Below are positions 1 to 11,038 of a DNA stretch of 64,000 bases, piece after piece. This DNA comes from Escherichia coli (lineage in GTDB: Bacteria; Pseudomonadota; Gammaproteobacteria; Enterobacterales; Enterobacteriaceae): assembly GCF_024223415.1 (NCBI RefSeq), contig NZ_CP100500.1; one strand, 5' to 3'. The stretch's first letter is position 1, and each line of letters starts with the position of its first letter. Under the pieces are notes generated by a model, which did no database searches, had not been told where the DNA came from, and worked only from the letters and a program-made list of their open reading frames with translations. Position numbers and translations under genes: made by a program.

Positions 1-1251
1 TTGTTGCTGAATATGGGGTCAACCCACGGCCTGGCGATGGTCTTTTCCATGCTGCTGGCGGCGATTATCTGGAACCTGGGAACGTGGTTCTTCGGTTTAC
101 CGGCCTCCAGTTCGCACACCTTGATTGGTGCGATTATCGGCATCGGTTTAACCAACGCGCTGTTAACCGGCTCATCGGTGATGGATGCGTTAAACCTGCG
201 TGAAGTGACCAAAATTTTCTCCTCGCTGATTGTTTCCCCTATCGTCGGCCTGGTCATTGCGGGAGGCCTGATATTCCTGCTGCGACGCTACTGGAGCGGA
301 ACGAAAAAGCGTGACCGTATTCACCGCATTCCGGAAGATCGCAAAAAGAAAAAAGGCAAACGTAAGCCGCCATTCTGGACGCGTATTGCGCTGATTGTTT
401 CCGCTGCGGGCGTGGCGTTTTCGCACGGCGCTAACGACGGGCAGAAAGGGATCGGCCTGGTGATGCTGGTACTGGTGGGGATTGCCCCTGCTGGCTTCGT
501 CGTCAATATGAACGCGTCCGGCTATGAAATTACCCGTACCCGCGATGCCGTTACCAACTTCGAACACTACCTGCAACAGCATCCTGAACTGCCGCAGAAG
601 TTGATTGCGATGGAACCTCCATTGCCTGCGGCATCGACTGATGGCATGCAAGTAACGGAGTTTCACTGTCATCCGGCAAATACCTTTGATGCGATTGCGC
701 GCGTTAAAACGATGCTGCCAGGCAATATGGAAAGTTACGAGCCGTTAAGCGTGAGTCAGCGCAGCCAGCTGCGCCGCATTATGCTGTGCATCTCTGATAC
801 CTCCGCGAAGCTGGCGAAACTGCCAGGCGTCAGTAAAGAAGACCAGAACCTGCTGAAAAAACTTCGCAGCGATATGTTAAGCACCATTGAGTACGCTCCG
901 GTGTGGATCATCATGGCGGTAGCACTGGCGCTCGGCATTGGCACCATGATTGGCTGGCGTCGTGTAGCGATGACCATCGGTGAGAAGATTGGTAAGCGCG
1001 GCATGACGTATGCGCAAGGCATGGCGGCACAAATGACGGCGGCAGTGTCTATCGGTCTTGCCAGTTATATTGGGATGCCCGTCTCCACAACACACGTCCT
1101 CTCGTCTGCAGTTGCAGGGACGATGGTGGTGGACGGCGGTGGGTTACAGCGTAAAACGGTAACCAGCATCCTGATGGCGTGGGTATTTACTTTACCGGCG
1201 GCGATTTTTCTTTCTGGTGGGCTGTACTGGATAGCATTGCAGTTGATTTAA
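1..1251 (+). CDS. pitB: Low-affinity inorganic phosphate transporter, PiT family (5' end truncated by window edge)
   Basis: ORF runs from window start; polytopic membrane protein matching PitA/PitB family; pitB rather than pitA inferred from synteny with yghT/yghS/yghR downstream. Confidence 0.8.
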   Translation: MLLNMGSTHGLAMVFSMLLAAIIWNLGTWFFGLPASSSHTLIGAIIGIGLTNALLTGSSVMDALNLREVTKIFSSLIVSPIVGLVIAGGLIFLLRRYWSGTKKRDRIHRIPEDRKKKKGKRKPPFWTRIALIVSAAGVAFSHGANDGQKGIGLVMLVLVGIAPAGFVVNMNASGYEITRTRDAVTNFEHYLQQHPELPQKLIAMEPPLPAASTDGMQVTEFHCHPANTFDAIARVKTMLPGNMESYEPLSVSQRSQLRRIMLCISDTSAKLAKLPGVSKEDQNLLKKLRSDMLSTIEYAPVWIIMAVALALGIGTMIGWRRVAMTIGEKIGKRGMTYAQGMAAQMTAAVSIGLASYIGMPVSTTHVLSSAVAGTMVVDGGGLQRKTVTSILMAWVFTLPAAIFLSGGLYWIALQLI

Positions 1252-1299
1252 CCTTCCTGAAAATGCCCGGTCCTGGCGATCGGGCATTTCCATTTTTGG

Positions 1300-1992
1300 C
1301 TAGTGATAACCACGCGCGGTCATAAAATCCGTAATCGCTTTTTCTGCATCAACCAGCACCTGTTCCAGTGGCTGATTGGCATCGATATCAACCAGTTGTG
1401 CACCACCAAAGGTTAACTGTGGCGTTATGGCAATCTTCCTCGCCAGCGATTCCCGTTTATGGTCGGGTTTACGCATGCAGGCAACTTCAAGGTCAACATT
1501 GAGTTTGATGACCAGATCAGGCTTATGGCTCGCCATCCAGTGAAACGCTTTACGTTCCTGGCTTGCCAGCCATGAGACAAAACGACCACCTTCAACGTTA
1601 GGTGGGAACACCGTACCATCGTAAGCGCCAGGAATTTGGTCCTGAGGATAACGGTCGGTTAGAACAATTAACCCGCGACGACGACAGGCAAGCATATGAC
1701 GAAAGCGCAGTAAGCGACGGGCGACAAACGCTGTAATTACCAGCGCCGGAACTGGTCCTGGCAATTTTTTTGCTGTTTTCACCTGATTTCGTTCAATTGT
1801 TTTATGTAAGGATTTTCCCATCAACGGTAATTTTGTCACTGCACGACCGACATTTCCGGCTTGTTTTCCTAAATGAACTCTTTCGGCAGCACCATATTTT
1901 TCGACAACGGTAATGAGATGTTCACACACCGTTGACTTGCCTGAACCATCGCTACCAATAACGGCAATTAATGGAGGTGTTATTGACTGCAT
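1300..1992 (-). CDS. yghT: P-loop NTPase / putative kinase, YghT-like
   Basis: 230 aa; N-terminal Walker [14 protein letters not shown]; paralogous to the two following genes; position matches recalled K-12 pitB-yghT order. Confidence 0.7.
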   Translation of the reverse strand: MQSITPPLIAVIGSDGSGKSTVCEHLITVVEKYGAAERVHLGKQAGNVGRAVTKLPLMGKSLHKTIERNQVKTAKKLPGPVPALVITAFVARRLLRFRHMLACRRRGLIVLTDRYPQDQIPGAYDGTVFPPNVEGGRFVSWLASQERKAFHWMASHKPDLVIKLNVDLEVACMRKPDHKRESLARKIAITPQLTFGGAQLVDIDANQPLEQVLVDAEKAITDFMTARGYH

Positions 1993-2165
1993 GAATATAT
2001 CCTTAAATTTAAATATCCATCCAAAATATTTATTTGGTTAATATGTTTTTATGAAAGCGTAATTCAGGTCAATGTCACAATTAACCATTGTCACAATAAG
2101 GTTGAACGGATATTCTGAGCACGGACCACGTAATATTCAATACATTATTTACTGCCGGGTTTTTC

Positions 2166-2879
2166 GTGAATCAACGTAATATGTCAATAATTAATTCCAC
2201 GCCAGTGCGTGTTATTGCCATTGTAGGATGTGATGGTTCAGGTAAATCGACCCTCACGGCAAGCCTGGTAAATGAACTGGCAGCAAGAATGCCAACAGAA
2301 CGCATTTATCTCGGGCAATCGTCCGGGCGAATTGGCGAATGGATTTCACAGCTCCCTGTTATTGGCGCACCTTTTGGGCGTTATCTGCGAAGTAAAGCGG
2401 CACATGTGCACGAAAAGCCCTCAACACCGCCTGGCAATATTACTGCACTGGTTATCTATCTGCTTTCCTGCTGGCGGGCGTACAAGTTTCGCAAAATGTT
2501 GTGTAGAAGCCAGCAAGGCCATCTGCTCATCACCGACCGCTACCCGCAGGTTGAAGTGCCGGGTTTTCGCTTTGATGGCCCGCAATTGGCAAAAACCACG
2601 GGCGGTAACGGTTGGATAAAAATGTTAAGGCAGCGCGAGTTGAAGCTGTACCAATGGATGGCGTCTTATTTACCCGTATTGTTGATTCGTCTTGGCATTG
2701 ATGAGCAAACCGCGTTTGCGCGTAAACCTGACCACCAACTGGCAGCGTTACAGGAAAAAATCGCCGTTACGCCGCAACTGACATTCAATGGCGCAAAGAT
2801 CCTTGAACTGGATGGTCGGCAACCAGCCGATGAAATTCTGCAAGCGTCACTACGCGCAATTCACGCCGCGCTTTCCTGA
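2166..2879 (+). CDS. yghS: P-loop NTPase / putative kinase, YghS-like
   Basis: 237 aa; Walker A IAIVGCDGSGKST; shared DRYPQ and RKPDH motifs with neighbours. Confidence 0.7.
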   Translation: MNQRNMSIINSTPVRVIAIVGCDGSGKSTLTASLVNELAARMPTERIYLGQSSGRIGEWISQLPVIGAPFGRYLRSKAAHVHEKPSTPPGNITALVIYLLSCWRAYKFRKMLCRSQQGHLLITDRYPQVEVPGFRFDGPQLAKTTGGNGWIKMLRQRELKLYQWMASYLPVLLIRLGIDEQTAFARKPDHQLAALQEKIAVTPQLTFNGAKILELDGRQPADEILQASLRAIHAALS

Positions 2880-2910
2880 TCACCAAAATGGATAGGGGAT
2901 GATTTAACGA

Positions 2911-3669
2911 ATGGATGCACTACAAACACAAACTGTTAATAGTACAACCGCGCCGCAGCCCAACTACATTCCGGGGCTGATTGCGGTGGTCGGGTGTGAT
3001 GGCACCGGTAAATCCACACTGACCACCGACCTGGTGAAATCGCTGCAACAACACTGGCAAACCGAGCGGCGCTATCTGGGGCTGCTCTCCGGCGAAGACG
3101 GCGACAAAATCAAACGATTGCCGTTGGTTGGCGTCTGGCTGGAACGGCGACTGGCGGCCAAATCCTCGAAAACCCAAAGCATGAAAACCAAATCTCCGGC
3201 GCTATGGGCGGCGGTGATTATGTACTGCTTCTCGCTGCGAAGAATGGCGAATCTACGCAAGGTTCAGCGACTGGCGCAAAGTGGCGTTCTGGTGGTCAGC
3301 GATCGCTTCCCGCAGGCTGAAATTTCGGGCTTTTATTATGACGGACCGGGGATTGGCGTCGAACGTGCGACCGGGAAAATCAGCATGTTTCTGGCGCAGC
3401 GCGAACGGCGTTTATACCAAAAAATGGCGCAATATCGCCCGGAATTAATTATTCGCCTGGGCATTGATATTGAGACTGCCATCTCCCGCAAGCCTGACCA
3501 TGACTATGCCGAGCTGCAGGACAAAATCGGCGTCATGTCGACGATTGGTTATAACGGCACAAAAATTCTTGAGATTGATTCCAGAGCGCCCTACAGCGAA
3601 GTGCTGGAACAGGCACAGAAGGCGGTTTCTCTGGTTGCCATCGTTTCTGACCGCCGAAGTTTAACTTAA
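2911..3669 (+). CDS. yghR: P-loop NTPase / putative kinase, YghR-like
   Basis: 252 aa; Walker A IAVVGCDGTGKST; same conserved blocks (DRFPQ, RKPDH) as yghS/yghT. Confidence 0.7.
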   Translation: MDALQTQTVNSTTAPQPNYIPGLIAVVGCDGTGKSTLTTDLVKSLQQHWQTERRYLGLLSGEDGDKIKRLPLVGVWLERRLAAKSSKTQSMKTKSPALWAAVIMYCFSLRRMANLRKVQRLAQSGVLVVSDRFPQAEISGFYYDGPGIGVERATGKISMFLAQRERRLYQKMAQYRPELIIRLGIDIETAISRKPDHDYAELQDKIGVMSTIGYNGTKILEIDSRAPYSEVLEQAQKAVSLVAIVSDRRSLT

Positions 3670-3714
3670 GGCTGGCGGGATACTTTTTACTATCAACGAT
3701 AAGGTCAGGCTGAA

Positions 3715-5064
3715 TTGGCGGGTTTTAACATCAAACATTGGTTTGCAGATGGCGCGTTTCGCACCATTATTCGCAATAGCGCCTGGTTAGGCTCCAGTAA
3801 TGTCGTGAGCGCCTTGCTGGGGCTGTTGGCGCTCTCGTGTGCCGGTAAAGGGATGACGCCCGCCATGTTTGGCGTACTGGTGATTGTGCAATCGTACGCC
3901 AAGTCGATCAGCGATTTTATTAAGTTTCAGACATGGCAGCTGGTGGTTCAGTACGGAACGCCAGCCTTGACCAACAATAATCCGCAGCAATTTCGCAATG
4001 TCGTCTCATTTTCCTTCTCGCTGGATATCGTCAGCGGCGCGGTGGCGATTGTCGGCGGCATTGCCTTACTGCCATTCCTTTCCCATTCATTAGGTCTGGA
4101 TGACCAAAGCTTTTGGCTGGCGGCGCTGTATTGCACGCTCATTCCTTCAATGGCTTCCTCCACGCCGACCGGCATTCTGCGTGCGGTAGATCGCTTTGAT
4201 TTGATTGCTGTACAGCAGGCGACGAAACCTTTTCTGCGCGCAGCGGGGAGCGTCGCAGCCTGGTATTTTGACTTTGGTTTTGCGGGTTTTGTTATTGCCT
4301 GGTACGTGTCGAATCTGGTTGGCGGCACCATGTACTGGTGGTTTGCCGCGCGCGAATTACGCCGCAGAAATATCCATAACGCCTTCAAATTGAATCTGTT
4401 TGAGTCTGCCCGACACATTAAAGGCGCGTGGAGTTTTGTCTGGTCAACCAACATTGCCCACTCCATCTGGTCGGCGCGTAACTCGTGCAGCACAGTGTTG
4501 GTGGGGATCGTGTTAGGACCCGCTGCCGCCGGGTTATTTAAAATCGCCATGACATTCTTCGACGCCGCCGGAACGCCAGCGGGTTTGCTGGGTAAAAGTT
4601 TTTACCCAGAGGTGATGCGTTTAGATCCGCGCACCACCAGACCGTGGTTGTTAGGTGTGAAGTCCGGTTTACTGGCGGGCGGAATCGGTATTCTGGTGGC
4701 GCTCGCGGTGTTGATCGTCGGCAAGCCGCTCATTTCGCTGGTGTTTGGCGTTAAGTATCTCGAAGCGTATGACCTGATTCAGGTGATGCTGGGCGCAATT
4801 GTGATTTCGATGCTGGGTTTCCCGCAGGAGTCATTGCTATTGATGGCGGGAAAACAGCGCGCTTTTCTCGTGGCGCAAACCATCGCCTCAATCGGCTACA
4901 TCGTATTGCTGTTCATGTTCTGTCATCTGTTTGGTGTGCTGGGAGCAGCGTTTGCTTACTTCGGTGGGCAATGTCTGGACGTGGCGCTCTCGTTAATTCC
5001 AACCTTAAAGGCATTTTTTCAGCGCCATTCCTTGCTTTATAACGCAGCCGGAGAGAAATCCTGA
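3715..5064 (+). CDS. yghQ: Polytopic inner-membrane protein, MOP-type flippase-like (YghQ-like); start codon uncertain
   Basis: Long hydrophobic ORF with multiple predicted TM helices; ORF track start is a TTG so the true start may lie downstream; stop overlaps next gene start (ATGA at 5062-5067). Confidence 0.55.
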   Translation: MAGFNIKHWFADGAFRTIIRNSAWLGSSNVVSALLGLLALSCAGKGMTPAMFGVLVIVQSYAKSISDFIKFQTWQLVVQYGTPALTNNNPQQFRNVVSFSFSLDIVSGAVAIVGGIALLPFLSHSLGLDDQSFWLAALYCTLIPSMASSTPTGILRAVDRFDLIAVQQATKPFLRAAGSVAAWYFDFGFAGFVIAWYVSNLVGGTMYWWFAARELRRRNIHNAFKLNLFESARHIKGAWSFVWSTNIAHSIWSARNSCSTVLVGIVLGPAAAGLFKIAMTFFDAAGTPAGLLGKSFYPEVMRLDPRTTRPWLLGVKSGLLAGGIGILVALAVLIVGKPLISLVFGVKYLEAYDLIQVMLGAIVISMLGFPQESLLLMAGKQRAFLVAQTIASIGYIVLLFMFCHLFGVLGAAFAYFGGQCLDVALSLIPTLKAFFQRHSLLYNAAGEKS

Positions 5065-5888
5065 TGATGAGAAAATATTTCCCGCTTGAGGCGAGCGGGC
5101 GTCTATTTGTTGCGATTGAAGAAGATGATGTCGTTGATGCACAGGTTAGTTTGCCGCCGACTATTGCACTAAGTTGTACCACCGAAATCATTCATGATAA
5201 TTACGCGTTATGCCTGCAATTCTGGCTCAATGGCGTTAATCGTCAGGAATTACTGCGTTTAGTTCGCAAACAAGCCAAAGGCGATGAGCTGACTGCTGAT
5301 GAGCGCAAACAATTTAAATACATGCGAGCGCGCTACAAGCACCTGCGTTTTGCGCAACGGCTGTATTTAAAGAAGCATCAGGCCGGATTTTTATTCGGCA
5401 AAACGACCGTTTTTCTGGGACGTTTTCAGGACGGGTTTCGTAACGGTAAGAAAAATATTGTGTCGTATTACGGCAACCTGTTACGGATTTATTTAAGCTC
5501 TCCGGTCTGGTCGTTGGTGAACTATTCATTACGCCATAGCCAGTTAGAAAGCGTAAGCGGTTTTATTGCCTATCGGCAAAAGCAAATGCATGCCCTGAAA
5601 GAGATAATTGCCAAACCGCGACTAACCGGCAGGGAATTTCATGATGTGCGAAAAATCATCAGCCAGCAGGTTTCTTATTACGACACCTTAAGATCGCTTG
5701 ATCCTGAAAATAAAGAGGCGTTACAGATTTCCCGTTTCCTCGCCGCCATTAATGGCCTGATGGGGGATAAACACGACGACATGGTGGCGGATGATATGGA
5801 AAACCGCCAGTCGTATGATGCACCGGTGGCGCAGGATAGCGATATTCGCCAGCGCTTAGAGCTGCTGATTTCGCGTTTTCCGCTATAA
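5064..5888 (+). CDS. Hypothetical protein (274 aa), translationally coupled to upstream flippase-like gene
   Basis: Intact ORF with ATG overlapping the upstream stop; no recognisable motif. Confidence 0.4.
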   Translation: MMRKYFPLEASGRLFVAIEEDDVVDAQVSLPPTIALSCTTEIIHDNYALCLQFWLNGVNRQELLRLVRKQAKGDELTADERKQFKYMRARYKHLRFAQRLYLKKHQAGFLFGKTTVFLGRFQDGFRNGKKNIVSYYGNLLRIYLSSPVWSLVNYSLRHSQLESVSGFIAYRQKQMHALKEIIAKPRLTGREFHDVRKIISQQVSYYDTLRSLDPENKEALQISRFLAAINGLMGDKHDDMVADDMENRQSYDAPVAQDSDIRQRLELLISRFPL

Positions 5889-5896
5889 CCGGAGCA

Positions 5897-6460
5897 ATGA
5901 TGTCATCTCGTTTGATTATTGCGCTGATTATCATGCTCTTAGCCCCGGGTGTGCAGGCACACAATTTCGTCACTGGCAAAACGGTTACCCCTGTTTATAT
6001 TCAGGAAGGCGGCGAGCTGCTTCTGAATAGCGACGACGAAATTCACTACCAAAAGTGGAACAGCACACAATTGGCGGGAAAAGTCCGCATTATCCAGTAT
6101 ATCGCCGGGCGTAAGTCGGCGAAGAAAAAGAACTCACTGTTAATTAAAGCGGTTGAAGCGGCAAACTTTCCGCAGGATCGTTTTCAGCCCACCACCATTG
6201 TGAACACCGATGATGCCATCTTTGGTACTGGCTATTTTGTTGTTGGCAAAATCGAAAAAAATAAACGCCGCTATCCGTGGGCGCAATTCGTTATCGACGG
6301 CAATGGACAGGGACGCGTTGCCTGGCGCTTGCCGGAGCAGAGTTCAACCATTCTGGTGCTGAATAAAGCCGGGCAAATTCAGTGGGCAAAGGACGGCAGC
6401 CTGACGCCGGTAGAGGTAGATCATGTCATTGCGCTGGCGCAGAAACTGATCAATGAATAA
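5897..6460 (+). CDS. Secreted/periplasmic protein with N-terminal signal peptide (possibly YtfJ-like)
   Basis: N-terminus MMSSRLIIALIIMLLAPGVQA is a typical Sec signal peptide; 187 aa soluble remainder. Confidence 0.45.
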   Translation: MMSSRLIIALIIMLLAPGVQAHNFVTGKTVTPVYIQEGGELLLNSDDEIHYQKWNSTQLAGKVRIIQYIAGRKSAKKKNSLLIKAVEAANFPQDRFQPTTIVNTDDAIFGTGYFVVGKIEKNKRRYPWAQFVIDGNGQGRVAWRLPEQSSTILVLNKAGQIQWAKDGSLTPVEVDHVIALAQKLINE

Positions 6461-6490
6461 AAAACTCAAAGGATTGAGGGCGTTAGTGAG

Positions 6491-7561
6491 ATGAAGCTGG
6501 TTGAACACTACATCATGCGTGGTACGCGCCGTCTGGTGCTGATTATCGTCGGTTTTCTGATCTTTATTTTCGCCAGCTACTCCGCACAGCGTTATCTGAC
6601 CGAAGCGGCAAATGGGACATTAGCACTTGATGTTGTGCTAGATATCGTTTTCTACAAAGTGCTGATTGCACTGGAGATGTTGTTACCTGTTGGACTGTAT
6701 GTGTCAGTTGGCGTGACGCTAGGGCAGATGTATACCGACTCGGAAATTACCGCTATCTCTGCGGCGGGGGGCAGTCCGGGACGCTTGTACAAAGCCGTTC
6801 TTTATCTGGCGATACCGCTAAGTATTTTTGTCACCCTTCTGTCGATGTATGGTCGTCCGTGGGCTTATGCGCAGATTTATCAACTGGAGCAGCAGTCGCA
6901 GTCGGAGCTGGATGTTCGCCAGTTGCGGGCAAAGAAATTTAACACTAACGATAACGGACGAATGATCCTTTCGCAGACGGTTGATCAGGATAATAATCGC
7001 CTGACTGACGCGCTGATTTATACTTCTACTGCCAATCGAACCCGCATTTTCCGCGCCCGTTCGGTTGATGTGGTTGACCCATCACCCGAGAAACCGACTG
7101 TTATGTTGCACAACGGCACTGCCTATCTTCTCGATCATCAGGGTCGTGACGACAACGAACAGATCTACCGTAATCTGCAATTACATCTGAATCCGCTGGA
7201 TCAAAGCCCTAACGTCAAACGCAAAGCGAAATCGGTCACGGAGCTGGCGCGCTCCGTCTTTCCAGCCGATCATGCCGAACTGCAATGGCGACAAAGCCGT
7301 GGCCTGACAGCATTGTTGATGGCGCTGCTGGCCATTTCATTAAGTCGGGTAAAACCGCGGCAGGGGCGATTTTCAACATTATTGCCACTGACGTTGCTGT
7401 TTATTGCCATTTTTTATGGCGGCGACGTCTGCCGTACGCTGGTGGCTAACGGCGCGATTCCCCTCATTCCTGGTTTGTGGTTAGTACCCGGACTCATGCT
7501 AATGGGCCTGCTGATGCTGGTCGCACGCGACTTCTCTTTGCTGCAGAAATTTTCCCGATGA
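6491..7561 (+). CDS. LptF/LptG (YjgP/YjgQ) family permease
   Basis: 356 aa; N-terminal region and TM topology typical of LptF/LptG family; paired with a second paralog immediately downstream. Confidence 0.6.
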   Translation: MKLVEHYIMRGTRRLVLIIVGFLIFIFASYSAQRYLTEAANGTLALDVVLDIVFYKVLIALEMLLPVGLYVSVGVTLGQMYTDSEITAISAAGGSPGRLYKAVLYLAIPLSIFVTLLSMYGRPWAYAQIYQLEQQSQSELDVRQLRAKKFNTNDNGRMILSQTVDQDNNRLTDALIYTSTANRTRIFRARSVDVVDPSPEKPTVMLHNGTAYLLDHQGRDDNEQIYRNLQLHLNPLDQSPNVKRKAKSVTELARSVFPADHAELQWRQSRGLTALLMALLAISLSRVKPRQGRFSTLLPLTLLFIAIFYGGDVCRTLVANGAIPLIPGLWLVPGLMLMGLLMLVARDFSLLQKFSR

Positions 7562-8637
7562 ATGTTTTCAGTCGCTATTTAATCCGTCATCTCTTTCTCG
7601 GTTTTGCCGCCGCCGCAGGGCTATTGCTGCCGCTTTTTACCACCTTCAACCTGATTAACGAACTGGATGATGTCAGCCCGGGCGGTTATCGCTGGACTCA
7701 GGCGGTGCTGGTGGTGCTAATGACCTTACCGCGCACACTGGTCGAACTTTCGCCGTTTATCGCCTTATTGGGAGGGATTGTTGGCCTGGGGCAGTTATCG
7801 AAAAACAGTGAGCTTACCGCCATTCGCAGCATGGGGTTTTCTATCTTCCGTATTGCACTGGTGGCGCTGGTTGCCGGGATATTGTGGACTGTTTCGTTAG
7901 GCGCGATAGATGAGTGGGTAGCGTCGCCGTTGCAGCAACAGGCGCTGCAAATCAAATCGACCGCCACTGCGTTGGGGGAGGACGATGATATTACCGGCAA
8001 TATGCTTTGGGCCAGGCGCGGTAATGAATTTGTAACGGTGAAATCGCTGAACGAGCAGGGCCAGCCGGTGGGCGTGGAGATTTTTCATTATCGTGACGAT
8101 CTCTCGCTCGAATCCTACATTTATGCACGCAGTGCCACCATTGAAGACGACAAAACGTGGGTCCTGCATGGTGTGAATCATAAAAAATGGCTGAATGGCA
8201 AAGAAACGCTGGAAACATTAGATAATCTTGCCTGGCAATCGGCCTTCACCAGTATGGATCTTGAAGAGCTATCGATGCCGGGGAATACTTTTTCTGTCCG
8301 TCAGCTTAATCATTACATCCATTATTTGCAGGAAACCGGGCAACCCAGCAGCGAATACCGCCTTGCACTGTGGGAAAAACTGGGGCAACCCATCCTGACC
8401 CTGGCGATGATTTTGCTGGCTGTGCCGTTTACCTTTAGTGCCCCGCGCTCGCCAGGGATGGGTAGCCGTCTCGCTGTAGGCGTCATCGTTGGCTTACTCA
8501 CCTGGATCAGCTATCAAATCATGGTCAATCTGGGATTGCTATTTGCGTTAAGCGCACCTGTTACCGCGCTCGGTTTACCGATAGCGTTTGTGCTGGTGGC
8601 GTTGAGCCTGGTGTATTGGTATGACAGACAACATTAA
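7558..8637 (+). CDS. LptF/LptG (YjgP/YjgQ) family permease, second paralog
   Basis: ATG at 7558 overlaps the upstream stop (ATGA); N-terminus MNVFSRYLIRHLFLGF typical of the family; ORF-track start at 7477 is probably an upstream extension. Confidence 0.6.
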   Translation: MNVFSRYLIRHLFLGFAAAAGLLLPLFTTFNLINELDDVSPGGYRWTQAVLVVLMTLPRTLVELSPFIALLGGIVGLGQLSKNSELTAIRSMGFSIFRIALVALVAGILWTVSLGAIDEWVASPLQQQALQIKSTATALGEDDDITGNMLWARRGNEFVTVKSLNEQGQPVGVEIFHYRDDLSLESYIYARSATIEDDKTWVLHGVNHKKWLNGKETLETLDNLAWQSAFTSMDLEELSMPGNTFSVRQLNHYIHYLQETGQPSSEYRLALWEKLGQPILTLAMILLAVPFTFSAPRSPGMGSRLAVGVIVGLLTWISYQIMVNLGLLFALSAPVTALGLPIAFVLVALSLVYWYDRQH

Positions 8638-8671
8638 ACCCGCCGTGGCGCAACACCACGGCGGGCTCACA

Positions 8672-9844
8672 TTACTGCTTCAGAGTAGCAAATGCCTGAA
8701 TGATGGCATCGATTTGCTCACGACTGTGGGCAGCGTTTACGCTACAGCGCAGCAGCGTGATGCCTGCAGGCGCGGCAGGTGGCAGGATAAGATTCACATA
8801 AACGCCCAGCGAAATAAGCTCGCGCCAGATGCGTAAACCTTCCTCTTTCGAACCGATTATTACCGGCACTACCGGACTAATATGTGAACTTAACTCATAA
8901 CCCAGTTTTTGCAGACCGTCATACAGATGGTTGGCGTTATCCATCAGCTTTTGCCGCAGCTCTGGTTGTGTGGCAATGGTTCTTAACGACGAGCGCACGG
9001 TCGCAATGCAGGACGGAGAAGGAGAGGCGGTAAAAATATACGGGCGGCTGCCGTAGCGCAGCACTTCCATCGCTTCCGAACCGACAGCAAAACCGCCAAT
9101 CGAGGCCAGACTTTTACTGAAGGTGCCAACGATAATATCCACATCATCTTCAACGCCGACAGCTTCAGCCAGTCCGCGCCCCGTTGCGCCTAACACGCCA
9201 AACGAATGCGCTTCATCGACAATCAAATAACCACCGAGACGACGTTTGATATCAACAATTTCCGCCAGCGGCGCAACGTCACCGAGCATGCTGTAGATAC
9301 CCTCAACGATGATAATCGCCTCTTTCGCCCGTTCACCGAGGCGAACCATGCGCCGTTCCAGATCTTTAGCATCGTTATGGCGGAAACGAATAATTTCCGC
9401 GCCACCGAGAGAACAGGCGTCATAAATACTGGCGTGGCTGTCAGCATCCAGTAACACCACGGCGTTATGGTCGGCAAGTGCGCTGATGACGCCTAAATTA
9501 GCGGTATAACCGGTTGAAAAAACGATAGCGGTAGGGCGATTGAAAAACTCAGCAATCTCTTTCTCTAACGCCAGATGCGGCGCATAACTGCCGTTTGCCA
9601 TACGAGAACCGGTGGTGCCGGTGCCTTGGGCCGCTAACGCTGCCTGACCTTCGGCGATGGCATCATGATTGAAGGTTAATCCGAGATAATTATTGGTCCC
9701 GGCCAGAATCACTTTTTTATTGCCGATCCGGCCTTCGGTGGCGGAATACACTTCATCAATACAGGTGCCAAACGGTGTTAACCCGTTGTCACTAAATTGC
9801 AGTCGCTCGCCAGCAAGGCGCGCATATTTATCGTATAGCCCCAT
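8672..9844 (-). CDS. PLP-dependent alpha-oxoamine synthase, serine palmitoyltransferase-like
   Basis: 390 aa; PLP-lysine block GTFSKSLASIGGF, which resembles the SPT signature more than BioF/Kbl; start overlaps ACP stop. Confidence 0.6.
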   Translation of the reverse strand: MGLYDKYARLAGERLQFSDNGLTPFGTCIDEVYSATEGRIGNKKVILAGTNNYLGLTFNHDAIAEGQAALAAQGTGTTGSRMANGSYAPHLALEKEIAEFFNRPTAIVFSTGYTANLGVISALADHNAVVLLDADSHASIYDACSLGGAEIIRFRHNDAKDLERRMVRLGERAKEAIIIVEGIYSMLGDVAPLAEIVDIKRRLGGYLIVDEAHSFGVLGATGRGLAEAVGVEDDVDIIVGTFSKSLASIGGFAVGSEAMEVLRYGSRPYIFTASPSPSCIATVRSSLRTIATQPELRQKLMDNANHLYDGLQKLGYELSSHISPVVPVIIGSKEEGLRIWRELISLGVYVNLILPPAAPAGITLLRCSVNAAHSREQIDAIIQAFATLKQ

Positions 9845-10092
9845 TATTTATTCTCCAGCCATGGAAGTAGAGTTTCCATTAATTGCGCAGGGGTTTTGAC
9901 ATCCAGCAGAATATTAATAGGAATGGAAATATCGAATCTGTCTTCCAGCATCATTAAGAGATCCATCACTTTGATCGACTCCAGGCCAAGATCGTTGACG
10001 AGATCGCTGTCGGGCTTAATTTCCACACCGTTTTCGACCAAATCCTGTAAACAGGAAAGGATGTAATCCATTACTATTTCACGATTTACCAT
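9844..10092 (-). CDS. Acyl carrier protein
   Basis: 82 aa; phosphopantetheine attachment-like motif DLGLESIKVMDL. Confidence 0.6.
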   Translation of the reverse strand: MVNREIVMDYILSCLQDLVENGVEIKPDSDLVNDLGLESIKVMDLLMMLEDRFDISIPINILLDVKTPAQLMETLLPWLENK

Positions 10093-10123
10093 AGAAACGT
10101 TAACACACCTTTAAACAAGACAA

Positions 10124-11038
10124 TCAAAATAGCCCGTTGCGTAATGCGTGTTCCAGGCTAATCCCGGGAAACCAATTAATATCTTCAGAAATACGGTTAT
10201 TACTTGCCGACCAGTCGGCGTGGGTTAATTCACGAATTTTCGAGCGGGTCAGCATAGGTTCTTTACCTGCCAGGCGACTCAACGCGGTACTGATATCCGC
10301 AAGGCAGGTGAGTACCGGCAGAGGAATGCCAACCATCCGCACAGAACCACAACGGGCGTCGGCGGCAAGCTGTCGTACGCGTTGCCAGTCATAGCCGCCA
10401 GCGACGCCATCGCATAATTCATAGGTTTGCGTCTGTACAGTTTCGGCGCTTAACCACTGACCCACTGCTTGCGCAAAATCGGTGACGTGCAGGAAAGAGA
10501 GTTGTGTATCTGGCGCACCAAGTCGTGGCAGCAGGCCGCGCAGCATCCAATAAAACAGCGGTTTTAACTCTTTATCGCCGGGACCATACACGGCTGTCGG
10601 GCGAAAAACGCCCAGCGTAATTTTGTCAGCCATTGCAGTCAGCCGTTGTTCGGCGACGTATTTGGAATTTGCGTACCAGGAGAGTTCGGGATGGCGCGCC
10701 GCCAGCGAAGAGATAAACAGAAAACGTTGGCAAAAGCCGCTCTCTTTTGCTGCTTGCATCAGGCGCAGGCTGCCGTCAACGTTACAGTGGGTAAAAATCT
10801 CTTCTTTGTGTCCGCGCACTTGCCCGGCGCAATGGACCACCGCGCTGGCTCCGGCAACCAGTTCGCTAAGCGAATGTGTATCTTCCAGCGAACCGCGCAC
10901 CCAAGTAAGATTATCATTGACGTGAGCGCGGGCAGTACGCGTCAATGCGCGAACGTGAAAGCCGCGGGCGAGCAGGTTATCGATAATATATTTACCGATA
11001 AACCCGGTAGCGCCCGTCACCGCGACAGTTTGATTCAT
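10124..11038 (-). CDS. NAD(P)-dependent epimerase/dehydratase-family reductase
   Basis: Rossmann motif VAVTGATGFIGKYI directly after internal Met; ATG at 11038 overlaps stop of upstream ligase gene (ATGA). ORF-track N-terminal extension to 11248 considered spurious. Confidence 0.6.
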   Translation of the reverse strand: MNQTVAVTGATGFIGKYIIDNLLARGFHVRALTRTARAHVNDNLTWVRGSLEDTHSLSELVAGASAVVHCAGQVRGHKEEIFTHCNVDGSLRLMQAAKESGFCQRFLFISSLAARHPELSWYANSKYVAEQRLTAMADKITLGVFRPTAVYGPGDKELKPLFYWMLRGLLPRLGAPDTQLSFLHVTDFAQAVGQWLSAETVQTQTYELCDGVAGGYDWQRVRQLAADARCGSVRMVGIPLPVLTCLADISTALSRLAGKEPMLTRSKIRELTHADWSASNNRISEDINWFPGISLEHALRNGLF

